Assembly (NCBI GenBank): GCA_040905425.1
Contig: JBBDRO010000103.1
Coordinates: 13,959 to 77,958, forward strand
From: Gemmatimonadota bacterium
Lineage (GTDB): Bacteria; Gemmatimonadota; Gemmatimonadetes; Longimicrobiales; RSA9
DNA: 64,000 nucleotides
Reading direction: 5' to 3'
Each line of letters starts with the position of its first letter. Positions within the stretch are counted from its first letter, which is position 1. A program made the translations under genes and the position numbers. Of the stretch, positions 1-9,274 are shown piece after piece. The notes below the pieces were generated by a model. It worked only from the letters and a program-made list of their open reading frames with translations. It was not told the origin of the DNA and did not search any database.

Positions 1-153
1 GTCTTTGCAACGGGCCGCACGCCGGAGGGCAAGCAGCTCGACCCGGCGTTCATGCCGTGGAACGTCATTGGCGGCGACGCGGCGCCGGAGGAGATCGACG
101 CCATCTGGGCCTACCTGCGGACGTTGGAGTCCATCGAGCGGACCTTCGAATAG
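1..153 (+). CDS. 3' end of a CDS cut by the window edge; the tail resembles the end of a class I c-type cytochrome domain
   Basis: Frame 1 is open from base 1 to TAG at 151-153: ...PAFMPWNVIGGDAAPEEIDAIWAYLRTLESIERTFE. An 'MP' (candidate axial Met) followed by an acidic helix ending in ...AYL is the usual end of cytochrome c domains. No CxxCH lies inside the window, so this is tentative. Confidence 0.4.
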   Translation, partial: VFATGRTPEGKQLDPAFMPWNVIGGDAAPEEIDAIWAYLRTLESIERTFE

Positions 154-160
154 ACCGGGT

Positions 161-1093
161 TCAGCGGCAGCCCCCCTCGGCACGGAGCACGGCCAACTCC
201 ACGTCGGGGGCGGGCGCCGCCTGCAGCGCTGCGCGCCAGGCGGCGTCCAGCGCGTCCAGGTCGGCGCCGGTCACGCCGAGCACCGCGCCGCTGCCCTGCT
301 GCCACAGCGTGCGCACGGCCTCCAGGCTGTAGCGCTCCATGAGGAAATGCACCAGGCCGCCCGCGCTCACCTCGGCGCTGAACGGATCGGCGGCCTCCGC
401 CGCTTCCCAGTCCTCCACGAGCGTGCGCGCGTCCACCCGCTCCCCCGCCGCCTCCAGCGCCGCCGGCAGCGTCTCCAACGGCCGCGCCACACCCACGCAC
501 TCGCCGTCGAACCAGAGTCCGAGGCCGGTGGCCAGCCATGGATCCGCGTTGCCCCAGAAATCCGTGGCCACGAGCGGCGCCATGGTGCGGCGCAGCAACG
601 GCCGCTCCGCCTCATTGAAGACCAGCACGACGGCGCCCAGCTCCTGGCTCCACCAGGCCGGATCGGTGCGCCCCGTCAGCGCTGCCATCTCTCCACGCGA
701 GTCCAGCACGAAGATGCGCACGCCGCGGCTGGCCTCCTCCTCTCCCAGCACCGCCAGCACCTCGTCCAGAATGGCCTCGGCGCCGTCCTGGAAATCGGGC
801 GCCACCAGCGCCGCGTAGCCGCCGCGTTGGAAGTGCAGCCGGATGCGGCCGCCCCCGAGCGTCTCCCAGCGGAAGCCGGGTGCGTTCAGAAGCTCCTGCA
901 CGCCGGGGTGGCTGTCATTGAACGTAGCCGCGGGCGCGGGCGCTGCGCTGCCGCCGCCCGGCGCGCCGCCGCTGGCTGGCGCGTCCGTCTCAGCGGGGCC
1001 GCACGCCTGGAAGAGGGCCAGGGCCGCGCACGTGACGCCGCCGCGCAGCTGGCGTGCGGCGCGGAGCCGGCGCCGGGCCGGGTCGCTTGGCAT
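161..1093 (-). CDS. hypothetical secreted or lipoprotein-like protein
   Basis: 310-aa ORF. It has a basic N-terminus, then a hydrophobic segment ending ...ALALFQACGP (signal/lipobox-like Cys). Composition is balanced, unlike the Arg/Ala/Pro-rich shadow ORF 5..1108 on the opposite strand. No family recognised. Confidence 0.6.
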   Translation of the reverse strand: MPSDPARRRLRAARQLRGGVTCAALALFQACGPAETDAPASGGAPGGGSAAPAPAATFNDSHPGVQELLNAPGFRWETLGGGRIRLHFQRGGYAALVAPDFQDGAEAILDEVLAVLGEEEASRGVRIFVLDSRGEMAALTGRTDPAWWSQELGAVVLVFNEAERPLLRRTMAPLVATDFWGNADPWLATGLGLWFDGECVGVARPLETLPAALEAAGERVDARTLVEDWEAAEAADPFSAEVSAGGLVHFLMERYSLEAVRTLWQQGSGAVLGVTGADLDALDAAWRAALQAAPAPDVELAVLRAEGGCR

Positions 1094-1235
1094 GATGTGC
1101 CTCCGTGAGGGCGTCCGGGTGGCCGATCGATAGACTGGCAGGATAACCAGGCTGCCCGGGTGGCGGAACTCCCGGCCTCCACCGCCGGTAGAGCAAGGGG
1201 CACCGGCAGCACCCTTCCTTCACGCCGGAGGTCCC

Positions 1236-1898
1236 ATGCCACACGCGCGTAGCACCCTCCCCACCGCCAACGAACGGTTGAAGCGCAGCAGCGAGGCGTG
1301 GTTCTGGCGCGGGCTGGTCCTGGCCGTGCTCATCCACGTGGGCGTCTTCTCCCTGGTCCCCGCCACGACGGCCGCCGCGGCCGGGGAGGATGGCGCGGAG
1401 ACCTCACTAATGGCGCCGCCCACGGCCCCGCTGCCGCCGCCGCCGGAGGACATCGTGCGGCCCGCCGCCCCGGTGGTGAGTGACGCGGTGATCGATGACC
1501 ATGTCACCATCACCTCGAACACGGACTGGGAGCCCGGCACCAGCGCGCTCCCGCCCCCGCCGCCCAGCAATCCCACCGTGCAACAGCGCTACGAAGCGTT
1601 CGTGCCCTCCATGACGGCGCCGCGCGTCCTGAACCGGGACGAGGTGGAGGCGGCCATGCGGCAGTACTACCCGCCGAACCTGCGGCAGGCCGGCATCGGC
1701 GCCACGGTGGACGTGCTGATCTGGCTGGACGAGCAGGGCGTGGTGCAGCAGGCACGCGTGGCGGAGGAGGGGCCCTATCCGGCGCTGGACGCGGCGGCCC
1801 TGCGGCTGGTGGAGGTGATGCGGCTCTCACCGGCTCTGAACCGGGACCGGGCCGTGCCCGTGGTGGTGCGCGTGCCGGTGGTGTTTACGGTGCGCTGA
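1236..1898 (+). CDS. TonB family energy-transducer protein
   Basis: TM anchor WFWRGLVLAVLIHVGVFSLV, then a Pro-rich spacer (PPTAPLPPPPEDIV, LPPPPPSNP). The C-terminal TonB-C-like domain reads YPPNLRQAGIGATVDVLIWLDEQGVV...AVPVVVRVPVVFTV. Confidence 0.8.
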   Translation: MPHARSTLPTANERLKRSSEAWFWRGLVLAVLIHVGVFSLVPATTAAAAGEDGAETSLMAPPTAPLPPPPEDIVRPAAPVVSDAVIDDHVTITSNTDWEPGTSALPPPPPSNPTVQQRYEAFVPSMTAPRVLNRDEVEAAMRQYYPPNLRQAGIGATVDVLIWLDEQGVVQQARVAEEGPYPALDAAALRLVEVMRLSPALNRDRAVPVVVRVPVVFTVR

Positions 1899-1919
1899 GC
1901 GTGGGGTGGGCGGCGTCCC

Positions 1920-2141
1920 TCAGTCGCCGTCGTGATCCTCGAGCAGCATCTCACCCACGCGCGCCATGCCGTGGCCGCGTTCGGTGAGCACGCGCCCCAG
2001 GCGCGCCAGGAGGTCGGCCGGGGCGTGCTGCGGATTGGCCCGGAAGGAGCGGAGATCACCCACCGGAACGTCCAGCGCGCGCGCCAACTCCTCCTCGGTG
2101 CCCAGGAAGAGCTGGGTGGCGCGCGCGAAGTCCAGGGGCAC
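1920..2141 (-). CDS. small hypothetical protein (73 aa)
   Basis: Non-biased composition. It begins 9 nt downstream of the stop of the L,D-transpeptidase gene on the same strand. No recognisable family. Confidence 0.4.
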   Translation of the reverse strand: MPLDFARATQLFLGTEEELARALDVPVGDLRSFRANPQHAPADLLARLGRVLTERGHGMARVGEMLLEDHDGD

Positions 2142-2149
2142 GAGGGCCG

Positions 2150-2926
2150 CTAGAAGATGAAGACGGGGGTGCCTACGTCCACCATGTGGTAGAGGCGCTC
2201 CACGTCCGGGTTCCTCATGCGCACGCAGCCGTGGCTCACGCGCAGGCCCACCGAACCGCCGTTGTAGCGGTGCGTGCCGTGGATCAGGTAGCCCTCACCC
2301 ATGTCCAGCTTGTAGGGACCCAGGGCGTCGGGGATGCGCCGCTGGCGCGTGTCGAGCGGGGGTACGTAGACCTTCTGGTCGAAGACGATCTCGTAGCCCG
2401 GCGTGAACGGCCAGAAATTGCCGAACTGATTGATGCGGCCCACGTCGCCGTCCCGGATCTCCAGAAAGGTGCCGTCCCCCAACCGGTACATCTTGCCACG
2501 CTCCATGTGCACGATCTCGTAGCCCAGGGAGGCGGCACGCTCGTAATAGTGCCAATCGGGCGCGGTCCAGACGGGGTCGGGCGCCTTGCCGATGATGCGC
2601 CGCTGGCCGGTGGGCGTGGCAAAGTACCAGCTCCTGCCCGCGTGGCTGAAGCTCTGCTGCATGCCGATGGCCACGGGCGCCCGCAGGAGCGTGTCACTCG
2701 TACCTACGTACCAGAGCCGCAGATCCCTCGTCGAAATCATGATCTTCGGGCCCTCGTAGGCCAGCGCCTCCTCGTAGATGGCCCGCGCCGCGGGGTTCGT
2801 GGGCGCCGTGATGGCCGGGCGGCCGACCGTGGCCGGCGCGGCACCGAGTGCCAGCGCTCCCAGCGCGATGGCCGGGACGATCGCCAGCGCCGTTCTGCGC
2901 ATGCTGCTGTGCCGGTTCCAGCTCAT
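2150..2926 (-). CDS. L,D-transpeptidase (YkuD family)
   Basis: Signal-like N-terminus (AIVPAIALGALALGAAPA). Catalytic motif YLIHGTHRYNGGSVGLRVSHGCVRMRNPDVERLY (His...SHGCxR). Confidence 0.85.
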   Translation of the reverse strand: MSWNRHSSMRRTALAIVPAIALGALALGAAPATVGRPAITAPTNPAARAIYEEALAYEGPKIMISTRDLRLWYVGTSDTLLRAPVAIGMQQSFSHAGRSWYFATPTGQRRIIGKAPDPVWTAPDWHYYERAASLGYEIVHMERGKMYRLGDGTFLEIRDGDVGRINQFGNFWPFTPGYEIVFDQKVYVPPLDTRQRRIPDALGPYKLDMGEGYLIHGTHRYNGGSVGLRVSHGCVRMRNPDVERLYHMVDVGTPVFIF

Positions 2927-4194
2927 GGTCCTGCTCCGCTGCTGCTCGGGGTTCCGTCAGATTGTTCGATCAGAGGTATTCCTTGCAGATCGGGTGCCAG
3001 CCCGCGGCTGGTCAGAATGCGCTCGATCGTCTGGCCAATCTTGTTGTTGGGCGTGGAGGCCCCCGCCGTGAGGCCCACCGTGAACGCTCCTTCCGGCAGC
3101 CAGCCCGTCACCGACTCCTCAGGGGCGTCGGCGGCCAACTCCGATTTGTGCCGGATGGTCCGCCCCTCCACGTCGATGCACGTGGCATCGGCAATGTGAT
3201 ACGTGGGGCAGTATTCCCGGCACAGGTGGGCCAGATGGTTCGTGTTCGATGAGTTATACCCCCCGATGACCACCATGAGGTCCGGCGGGTCCTGGATCAT
3301 CTCCAGGACGGCGTCCTGGCGCTCCTGCGTGGCGGAGCAGATCGTGTCGAAGGAGCGGAAGTGTTCGTCAAGCTCATCGGTCCCGTAGCGCCGCTCCAGA
3401 CTGCTCCCCACCTCGGCGGCAATGGCCAGCGATTCAGTGGCCAGCATGGTGGTCTGGTTGGCCACGCCCACCTTGCGCAGATCCCGGTCCGGATCGAAGC
3501 CGGCGGGCACCTTGCGCTGGAAGTGCTCCAGGAACGCATCCCGGTCCAGGGCGTCCGGATCCCCTTCGATGTAGCGGCACACGAGGCGGGCTTCCTCCAT
3601 GTCCCGCACCACGATGTATTTGCCGTCCGGATGGCGGTTCACCTGCGAGGCCGTGGCGCGCGTCTCCTCGTGGAACACCTTGCCGTGGATGAGCGCGGTG
3701 AAGCCGTCCGCCGCGTACTGCTCCACGCGCTTCCAGACGTTCAGCACCGACCCGCATGTGGTGTCCACGAGGATGCAGCCCAGTTCCTGCAAGCGCGCGA
3801 AGTCCTGCAGCGCCACACCGAAGGCGGGCATGATCACCACGTCTTCCGGTCCCACCGCCGAAAAATCGAATTCACCGTCCTCCGCCGGGTAGAGGAAAGT
3901 GATGCCGGCGTCCCGCAGGCGCTGGTTGACGTGGGGGTTGTGGATGATCTCCCCTACCAAAAAAATGCGCCGATCCGGAAATTTGTGCGTGGTCTGGTAG
4001 GCGTAGTCCACGGCCCGGTCCACGCCGTAACAGAACCCGAAGTCCTTGGCCAGGCGCACGGTGACGTCCCCGAACGTGGCGGTGAAGCCCGCATCGCGGA
4101 TCTGGTCCACCAGCCGGCTGTGGTACTCGGCCGCCAGCACGGGCTGGATCTCTTTCTTGAGGCCGAGGCCCCGACGGAAATAGGTCTCCTGCAT
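2923..4194 (-). CDS. ispH: 4-hydroxy-3-methylbut-2-enyl diphosphate reductase (long form)
   Basis: IspH/LytB hallmarks: DFGFCYGVDRAV, GEIIHNPHV, TTCGSVLNVW, ANQTT, SFDTICSATQERQDA, VVIGGYNSSNTNHL. Its stop overlaps the next gene's start by 4 nt. Confidence 0.9.
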   Translation of the reverse strand: MQETYFRRGLGLKKEIQPVLAAEYHSRLVDQIRDAGFTATFGDVTVRLAKDFGFCYGVDRAVDYAYQTTHKFPDRRIFLVGEIIHNPHVNQRLRDAGITFLYPAEDGEFDFSAVGPEDVVIMPAFGVALQDFARLQELGCILVDTTCGSVLNVWKRVEQYAADGFTALIHGKVFHEETRATASQVNRHPDGKYIVVRDMEEARLVCRYIEGDPDALDRDAFLEHFQRKVPAGFDPDRDLRKVGVANQTTMLATESLAIAAEVGSSLERRYGTDELDEHFRSFDTICSATQERQDAVLEMIQDPPDLMVVIGGYNSSNTNHLAHLCREYCPTYHIADATCIDVEGRTIRHKSELAADAPEESVTGWLPEGAFTVGLTAGASTPNNKIGQTIERILTSRGLAPDLQGIPLIEQSDGTPSSSGAGP

Positions 4195-4398
4195 ACTGTT
4201 AAGCTAGACCAGGTGCGGGCCTGGATCAACGATGCGATGCTGGGCGTGCCCGGGGAAGCGCCCCCGCCGTGGGCATTCCAGCGCCTTCGGCTCCTCGTGC
4301 AGCACGATCATGAAGCGCTCGGCCCGCAGTTGAACGGAGCGGGGGAAGGTAGGTGCTGGACCGCTCGGCAAGGAACCGGAGTCCGGCGCGGCCTGCCG

Positions 4399-4424
4399 CC
4401 AAAATATTCTATAAAGTATTTTGG
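4399..4424. promoter_or_regulatory. AT-rich perfect inverted repeat CCAAAATA-N10-TATTTTGG (candidate operator or promoter element)
   Basis: Read directly: ccaaaata ttctataaag tattttgg. It is an isolated AT-rich island inside a 530-bp GC-rich divergent intergenic region between ispH (-) and the M42 peptidase gene (+). Confidence 0.3.
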
Positions 4425-4600
4425 CTCAACCACGCGGCGGACGGTGCGAAAGCTCCGAGCGCCCCGCATACCCGCACACCGGCCCGCTCCGGTTCCGCTC
4501 CTACGCGCTCCTACCCGGCTTCCTCCGAGAAATGCCCCGTGAGCCCATGGTCGTTGGCACACAACGTCTCCCCCGTTATACTCCAGGGCTCCGCATCCGC

Positions 4601-4642
4601 GAGAAGCTGCGGGAGCTCGCGGGAGCTCGCGGGAGCTCGCGG
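4601..4642. repeat. 10-bp tandem repeat (gggagctcgc x3 exact, plus one degenerate copy)
   Basis: gagaagctgc gggagctcgc gggagctcgc gggagctcgc gg. Each unit carries the palindrome GAGCTC. It lies about 85 nt upstream of the proposed M42 start. Confidence 0.8.
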
Positions 4643-4726
4643 CCACGCGGAGAACCGCGGCCATACGAAGCCACTGCGGCGGACCGCCTGGAAAAGGCGC
4701 CCCGCCACTGTCCCGAAGGAGAGCCC

Positions 4727-5797
4727 TTGGAGCAACGAGCTCTGGAATTCCTCAAGCGACTGCTGGATACGCCCGGCCCCAGCGGGTTCGAGGCGGCGCC
4801 GGCGGCGCTATGGCGCGAGGAAGCGTCCGGCTTTGCCGATGAGGTGGAGGCGGACGTGGCGGGCAACTCCATCGCGGTGGTGAATCCGGGCGGCGCACCC
4901 CGCATCATGCTGGCCGGCCATATCGACGAGATCGGCGTCATGGTCACCCATGTGGACGACGAGGGCTTTCTGTGGTTCAGCGGCATCGGCGGATGGGATC
5001 CCCAGGTGTTCGTGGGCCAGCGGATCCGCCTCCTCACCCGCGCGGGGCACCTGTACGGTGTGGTGGGCAGGAAGCCCATCCACCTCATCAAGGAGGATGA
5101 GCGGGACAAGGCGTCGAAGATCACGGACCTGTGGATCGACATCGGCGCGAAGGACCGGGAGGACGCGGAAAAGCGGGGCATCCGGGTGGGCGATCCGGGC
5201 GTCATCGACGCGCGCGCGCTGGAGCTGGGCAATGACCTGCTGGCGTCCCGCTCCATCGACAATCGCATTGGCGCCTTCGTGGTGCTGGAGGCGCTCCGCT
5301 TGCTGAAGGATCAACCGGCCGACGCCATGGTGGCCGCCGTGGCCACCACGCAGGAGGAGATCGGCTACTCCGGGGGCGGGGCGCGCACCAGCGCCTACAA
5401 GCTGGAGCCGCACGCGGCGCTGGTGGTGGACGTCACCTTTGCCACGGACGCGCCGGAGATGGAGAAGAAAGAGCTGGGCAAGCACGAACTGGGCGGCGGG
5501 CCCGTCCTGAGCCGCGGCTCGGCGGCTCATCCCGTGATCTTCGAGCTGTTGGTCCAGGCGGCCGAGGCGGAGGGGATTCCTCATACCATCGCCGCATCGC
5601 CCAGGTACAGCTCCACGGACGCGGACGCCATCTACCTGTCGCGGGCCGGCGTGCCCACGGGCATCGTCTCGGTGCCCAACCGCTACATGCACTCGCCCAA
5701 CGAGATGGTGCACCTGGAGGACCTGAGCGCCGCCGCGCGCCTGCTGGCCGCGTTCTGCCGGCTGCTCACGGCGGAGACGGACCTGGTACCGCGCTGA
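4727..5797 (+). CDS. M42 family metallopeptidase (glutamyl aminopeptidase / endoglucanase-like)
   Basis: LEFLKRLLDTPGPSGFE...IMLAGHIDEIGVMVTHVDDEGFLWFSGIGGWD...SRSIDNRIG is typical of M42. The listed ORF starts at TTG 4421, but its N-terminal 100 aa are Arg/Pro-rich and cover the tandem repeat. An in-frame TTG at 4727 is preceded by GAAGGAG (4715-4721), giving 356 aa, a typical M42 size. Confidence 0.8.
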   Translation: MEQRALEFLKRLLDTPGPSGFEAAPAALWREEASGFADEVEADVAGNSIAVVNPGGAPRIMLAGHIDEIGVMVTHVDDEGFLWFSGIGGWDPQVFVGQRIRLLTRAGHLYGVVGRKPIHLIKEDERDKASKITDLWIDIGAKDREDAEKRGIRVGDPGVIDARALELGNDLLASRSIDNRIGAFVVLEALRLLKDQPADAMVAAVATTQEEIGYSGGGARTSAYKLEPHAALVVDVTFATDAPEMEKKELGKHELGGGPVLSRGSAAHPVIFELLVQAAEAEGIPHTIAASPRYSSTDADAIYLSRAGVPTGIVSVPNRYMHSPNEMVHLEDLSAAARLLAAFCRLLTAETDLVPR

Positions 5798-6426
5798 TGC
5801 GCATCCTGGACATCAGCCAGCCGCTCGGCTCGGCCACGGCCGTCTGGCCGGGGGACCGGGCGGTGGAGGGCGGCTGGTCCATGCGCCGCGCGGAGGGCCA
5901 CAGCGTGAACGTGGCCACGCTCTGCACCACGGTGCACGCGGGCACGCACGTGGACGGCCCGCTGCATTTCGAGGATGACGCGCCGCCCGTGGGGGCGCTG
6001 CCGCTGGAGGCCTACCTGGGCCCCGCCCTGGTAGTGGACGCCCGCGGCCGTGATTCATTGGACGTGGATCTGGTGGACCACGTGGATCTGGGCGCGGCCG
6101 AGCGCATCCTCTTCCGCAGTAGGGAGACGGTGGACGCGCGGGTCTTCCCGGAGCGCTTCGCGGCGCTCACGCCGGCGCTGGCCGAACGGCTGGCATCGGC
6201 CGGCGTCAGGCTGGTGGGCACCGACGCCCCGAGCGTGGATCCGGCGGACTCGAAGGAGCTGCTTGCGCACCGCGCCCTGGGCGCTGGCCAGGTGGCCATT
6301 CTGGAGAACGCCGTGCTCGACCACGTGAGCCCGGGACGTTACACGCTGGTGGCACTGCCGTTGCCGCTGGTGGAGGCGGACAGCTCGCCGGTGCGAGCCG
6401 TGCTGCTCGAGGGAGACGCGCCGTGA
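5797..6426 (+). CDS. kynB: kynurenine formamidase / cyclase-family arylformamidase
   Basis: ILDISQPL...AVWPGD and the metal motif VHAGTHVDGPLHF. At 209 aa it has the size typical of KynB. The start sits directly on the M42 stop. Confidence 0.7.
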   Translation: MRILDISQPLGSATAVWPGDRAVEGGWSMRRAEGHSVNVATLCTTVHAGTHVDGPLHFEDDAPPVGALPLEAYLGPALVVDARGRDSLDVDLVDHVDLGAAERILFRSRETVDARVFPERFAALTPALAERLASAGVRLVGTDAPSVDPADSKELLAHRALGAGQVAILENAVLDHVSPGRYTLVALPLPLVEADSSPVRAVLLEGDAP

Positions 6427-6479
6427 ACGGCGGCGCGGTCCCGCAATTCTGCAACCCTGCCACATGAGGTGACCGGTAC

Positions 6480-6950
6480 ATGGACGCGGACAAGCTCGTC
6501 AAGAAGATCCAGGAGATGCGCGACGGTGGCTATCTCTCCGACGCCATCCTGCGCGAGTCGGTGAAGCAGATCAAGACCTGGAACACGGACTTCCATTTCG
6601 TGGGGGTCTACATGTGGAATCCGGATGAGAACATCCTCTGGCTGCACAACTACATGGGGAGCTCCACGGAGCACTCGCGCATTGACAAGGGCCAGGGCGT
6701 GTGCGGCACCGCCGTGGAGACCGGTGAGAACCAGAACGTGCCGGACGTGAGTGAGGTGGAGAACTACCTGGCGTGCTCGCCGCGCACCAAGTCGGAGCTG
6801 GTGGTGCTGATCCGGGCCGGGGATGACCTGTTCGGCCAGATCGACATCGACTCCCGTGAGAAGAAGGGCTTCTCCGCCAAGATGCAGGAGAACGTGGAGC
6901 TGGTGGCCACCAAGCTGGCCGAGGTGTTCGTGGCCGAGCGCCGGGACTGA
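6480..6950 (+). CDS. GAF domain protein (free Met-R-sulfoxide reductase-like)
   Basis: 156-aa single-domain protein: FHFVGVYMWNPDENILWLHNYMG...GQGVCGTAVETGENQNVPDVSEVENYLACSPRTKSELVVLI...GQIDIDS. Confidence 0.7.
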   Translation: MDADKLVKKIQEMRDGGYLSDAILRESVKQIKTWNTDFHFVGVYMWNPDENILWLHNYMGSSTEHSRIDKGQGVCGTAVETGENQNVPDVSEVENYLACSPRTKSELVVLIRAGDDLFGQIDIDSREKKGFSAKMQENVELVATKLAEVFVAERRD

Positions 6951-6974
6951 GCCACGGCGGGCGAGCGGCGGGCC

Positions 6975-7712
6975 ATGCTGCGTGAACTCTTGGCGCCGAA
7001 CGCATCACCCATGACGCTGGACGGTACCCGCACCTTCCTGGTGGGACGGGAGCGGGTGGCCGTGATCGATCCGGGGTCGGCGGACGGCGGCCACCTGGCG
7101 GCGCTGGAAAACGCCGTGGGAGGAGGCCGGGCGGTGGCCGTGCTGGTCACGCATCGTCATCCCGACCATGCGGCTGGCGCCGCGGAGCTGGCCCGCCGCC
7201 TGGACGCGCCACTTCGCTCGGCGGGCCGCGCCACGCTGGTCGCGGGTGAGCGCATAGCCACCGACGCCGGTGACCTGGTGGGCGTGGCCACCCCCGGCCA
7301 CACCCTGGAGCACATGGCGCTCCACTGGCCCGCCGGCCGTGCCGTCTTCTGCGGCGACCTCATGATGGGCGGGTTGGACACCACGCTGGTGGCTCCCCCC
7401 GAGGGGCACCTGGCCGACTACCTGGCCTCGCTGGAGCGGGTCCGCGCGCTGGCGCCTGCCGTCATCCATCCCTCCCACGGCCCTTCCTTCGAAGATCCGC
7501 CCGCCGCGCTGGACGCTTACGCGCGGCATCGCGCCGAGCGGCTGGAGCAGGTGCGGGCGGCCGTGGCGGCCGGCGACGCGTCGGTGGGTCACATCATCAG
7601 CCGCATCTACGAGGAGCCCCTCCCCGACGCGTTGCGCGCCGCCGCCCGCGGCGCGGTGGAGGCCTACCTGGCGTACCTGGTGGAGCGCGGGGAGGTGGCA
7701 TGGCCCGACTGA
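6975..7712 (+). CDS. MBL-fold metallo-hydrolase
   Basis: HxHxDH motif (VLVTHRHPDHAAGA), TPGHTLEHM, and a downstream FCGD / IHPSHG. Confidence 0.8.
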   Translation: MLRELLAPNASPMTLDGTRTFLVGRERVAVIDPGSADGGHLAALENAVGGGRAVAVLVTHRHPDHAAGAAELARRLDAPLRSAGRATLVAGERIATDAGDLVGVATPGHTLEHMALHWPAGRAVFCGDLMMGGLDTTLVAPPEGHLADYLASLERVRALAPAVIHPSHGPSFEDPPAALDAYARHRAERLEQVRAAVAAGDASVGHIISRIYEEPLPDALRAAARGAVEAYLAYLVERGEVAWPD

Positions 7713-9274
7713 GCGGCCCCACACCCGGAGCGCGGACTTCCACCGGCGCACCTCCCTTCCTGGACGTCGAGCTGGCGGAGCGCCTGGCCGCGGTGGTGGG
7801 GGCTGACGGCGTGATCACCGACCCCGGCGCCCTGCTGGTCTACGAGTCGGACGCGCTGGCCGCGCGCCGCGCCTGCCCCCGCGCGGTGGTCTTTCCGCGG
7901 GACACGGAGCAGACCGCGGCGGTGCTCCGCCTGCTGGCGGGGGCCGGCCTGCCGTTCGTGCCGCGCGGGGCGGGCACCGGGCTCTCGGGCGGCGCGCTGC
8001 CGCTGGAGGACGCCGTGGTGGTGTCCACGGCCCGCATGACGGGGATCCTGGCGCTGGACGCCCCCAACCGCTGGGCCTGGGTGCAGCCCGGCGTGGTGAA
8101 CGTGCGGCTCTCGGCCGCGGCGGCGCCGTACGGCCTGCACTACGCGCCCGACCCCAGCTCCCAGACGGCGTGCACCATCGGCGGCAACGTGGCGGAGAAC
8201 GCCGGCGGGCCGCACTGCCTGGCCTACGGCGTGACGGTCAACCACATCCTGGGCCTCACCGTGGTGCTGGCCGATGGGGAGGTGGTCCGCCTGGGCGGCG
8301 GCGCCGGCGAGCCGGCCGGCTATGACCTGGTGGGCCTCTTCGTGGGGAGCGAGGGGCAGTTCGGCATTGCCACCGAGATCCAGCTCCGCCTGACCCCGCT
8401 GCCCGAGGGCATCGAGACGCTGCTGGCGCTCTTCGAGGACGTGGATGACGCGTCGCGCGCCGTCTCCGCCATCATCGCGGAGGGCATGGTGCCGGCCGCG
8501 CTGGAGATGGTGGACCGCGAGGCCATCCGTGCCGTGGAGGCCAGCGTCTATGCCGCCGGGCTGCCGGACGTGGCGGGCGCGCTGGTGGTGGAGCTGGACG
8601 GGCCCACGGCCGGGCTGGAGCACGAGGTGCGCCGCGCCAGGGCCATCCTGGAGCGGGAGGGGGCCACGGAGATCCGCCGTGCCGCGGACGCCGCCGAGCG
8701 CACCCGCCTGTGGAACGCCCGCAAGAAGGCGTTCGGCGCCATGGGCCGGCTGGCGCCGGACATCCTGGTGCAGGACGCCGTGGTGCCGCGCAGCCGCCTG
8801 CCCGAGGTGCTGGCCGCCGTCTACGCCGCCGCCGCGCGCCAGAGCGTCCTGGTGTGCAACACCTTCCATGCCGGGGACGGCAACCTCCATCCCACCCTGG
8901 TCTTCGACCGTCGTGACGCCGACCAGGTGGCGCGCGTGGAGCGTGCCTCCGGTGAGATCATGAAGGCGTGCATTGCCGCCGGCGGCACCATCACCGGCGA
9001 GCACGGCGTGGGCGTCGACAAGCTGGCATACATGGAGCTGCTTTTCCCGGACGCGGTGCTAGAAGCCATGTGCGCCGTGCGGCGCGTCTTTGATCCGTCC
9101 GGCCGCGCCAACCCGCTCAAGGTCCTGCCGGTGCGCGTGTGCCGCGAGTGGGCGGGGCCGGGCACGCATGTCTTAAGCGACGACGCCGCCCCCACGCCCC
9201 GTGCGCCCGTCACGCCTCCGCCCGGCACGCATCCCGATGCCGGCGTACCGCCGGCCGAAGCGCCGCATGACTGA
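7700..9274 (+). CDS. glcD: glycolate oxidase subunit GlcD (FAD-linked oxidase)
   Basis: FAD_binding_4-type N-terminus (VVFPRDTEQTAAVLRLLAGAGLPFVPRGAGTGLSGGALP). C-terminal oxidase domain with GTITGEHGVGVDK. It is followed by glcE and glcF. Confidence 0.85.
   Translation: MARLSGPTPGARTSTGAPPFLDVELAERLAAVVGADGVITDPGALLVYESDALAARRACPRAVVFPRDTEQTAAVLRLLAGAGLPFVPRGAGTGLSGGALPLEDAVVVSTARMTGILALDAPNRWAWVQPGVVNVRLSAAAAPYGLHYAPDPSSQTACTIGGNVAENAGGPHCLAYGVTVNHILGLTVVLADGEVVRLGGGAGEPAGYDLVGLFVGSEGQFGIATEIQLRLTPLPEGIETLLALFEDVDDASRAVSAIIAEGMVPAALEMVDREAIRAVEASVYAAGLPDVAGALVVELDGPTAGLEHEVRRARAILEREGATEIRRAADAAERTRLWNARKKAFGAMGRLAPDILVQDAVVPRSRLPEVLAAVYAAAARQSVLVCNTFHAGDGNLHPTLVFDRRDADQVARVERASGEIMKACIAAGGTITGEHGVGVDKLAYMELLFPDAVLEAMCAVRRVFDPSGRANPLKVLPVRVCREWAGPGTHVLSDDAAPTPRAPVTPPPGTHPDAGVPPAEAPHD

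Noticed and set aside
5-1108. 367-aa plus-strand ORF at the window start
   Set aside because: It is Arg/Ala-rich and antisense to the more protein-like 161..1093 ORF. It also conflicts with the frame-1 CDS tail that ends at 153.
4421-4726. N-terminal 102-aa extension of the M42 peptidase ORF (TTG 4421)
   Set aside because: The extension is Arg/Pro-rich, includes the translated 10-bp tandem repeat, and starts inside the AT-rich palindrome. A TTG with a GAAGGAG Shine-Dalgarno sequence at 4727 gives a normal-length M42 protein.
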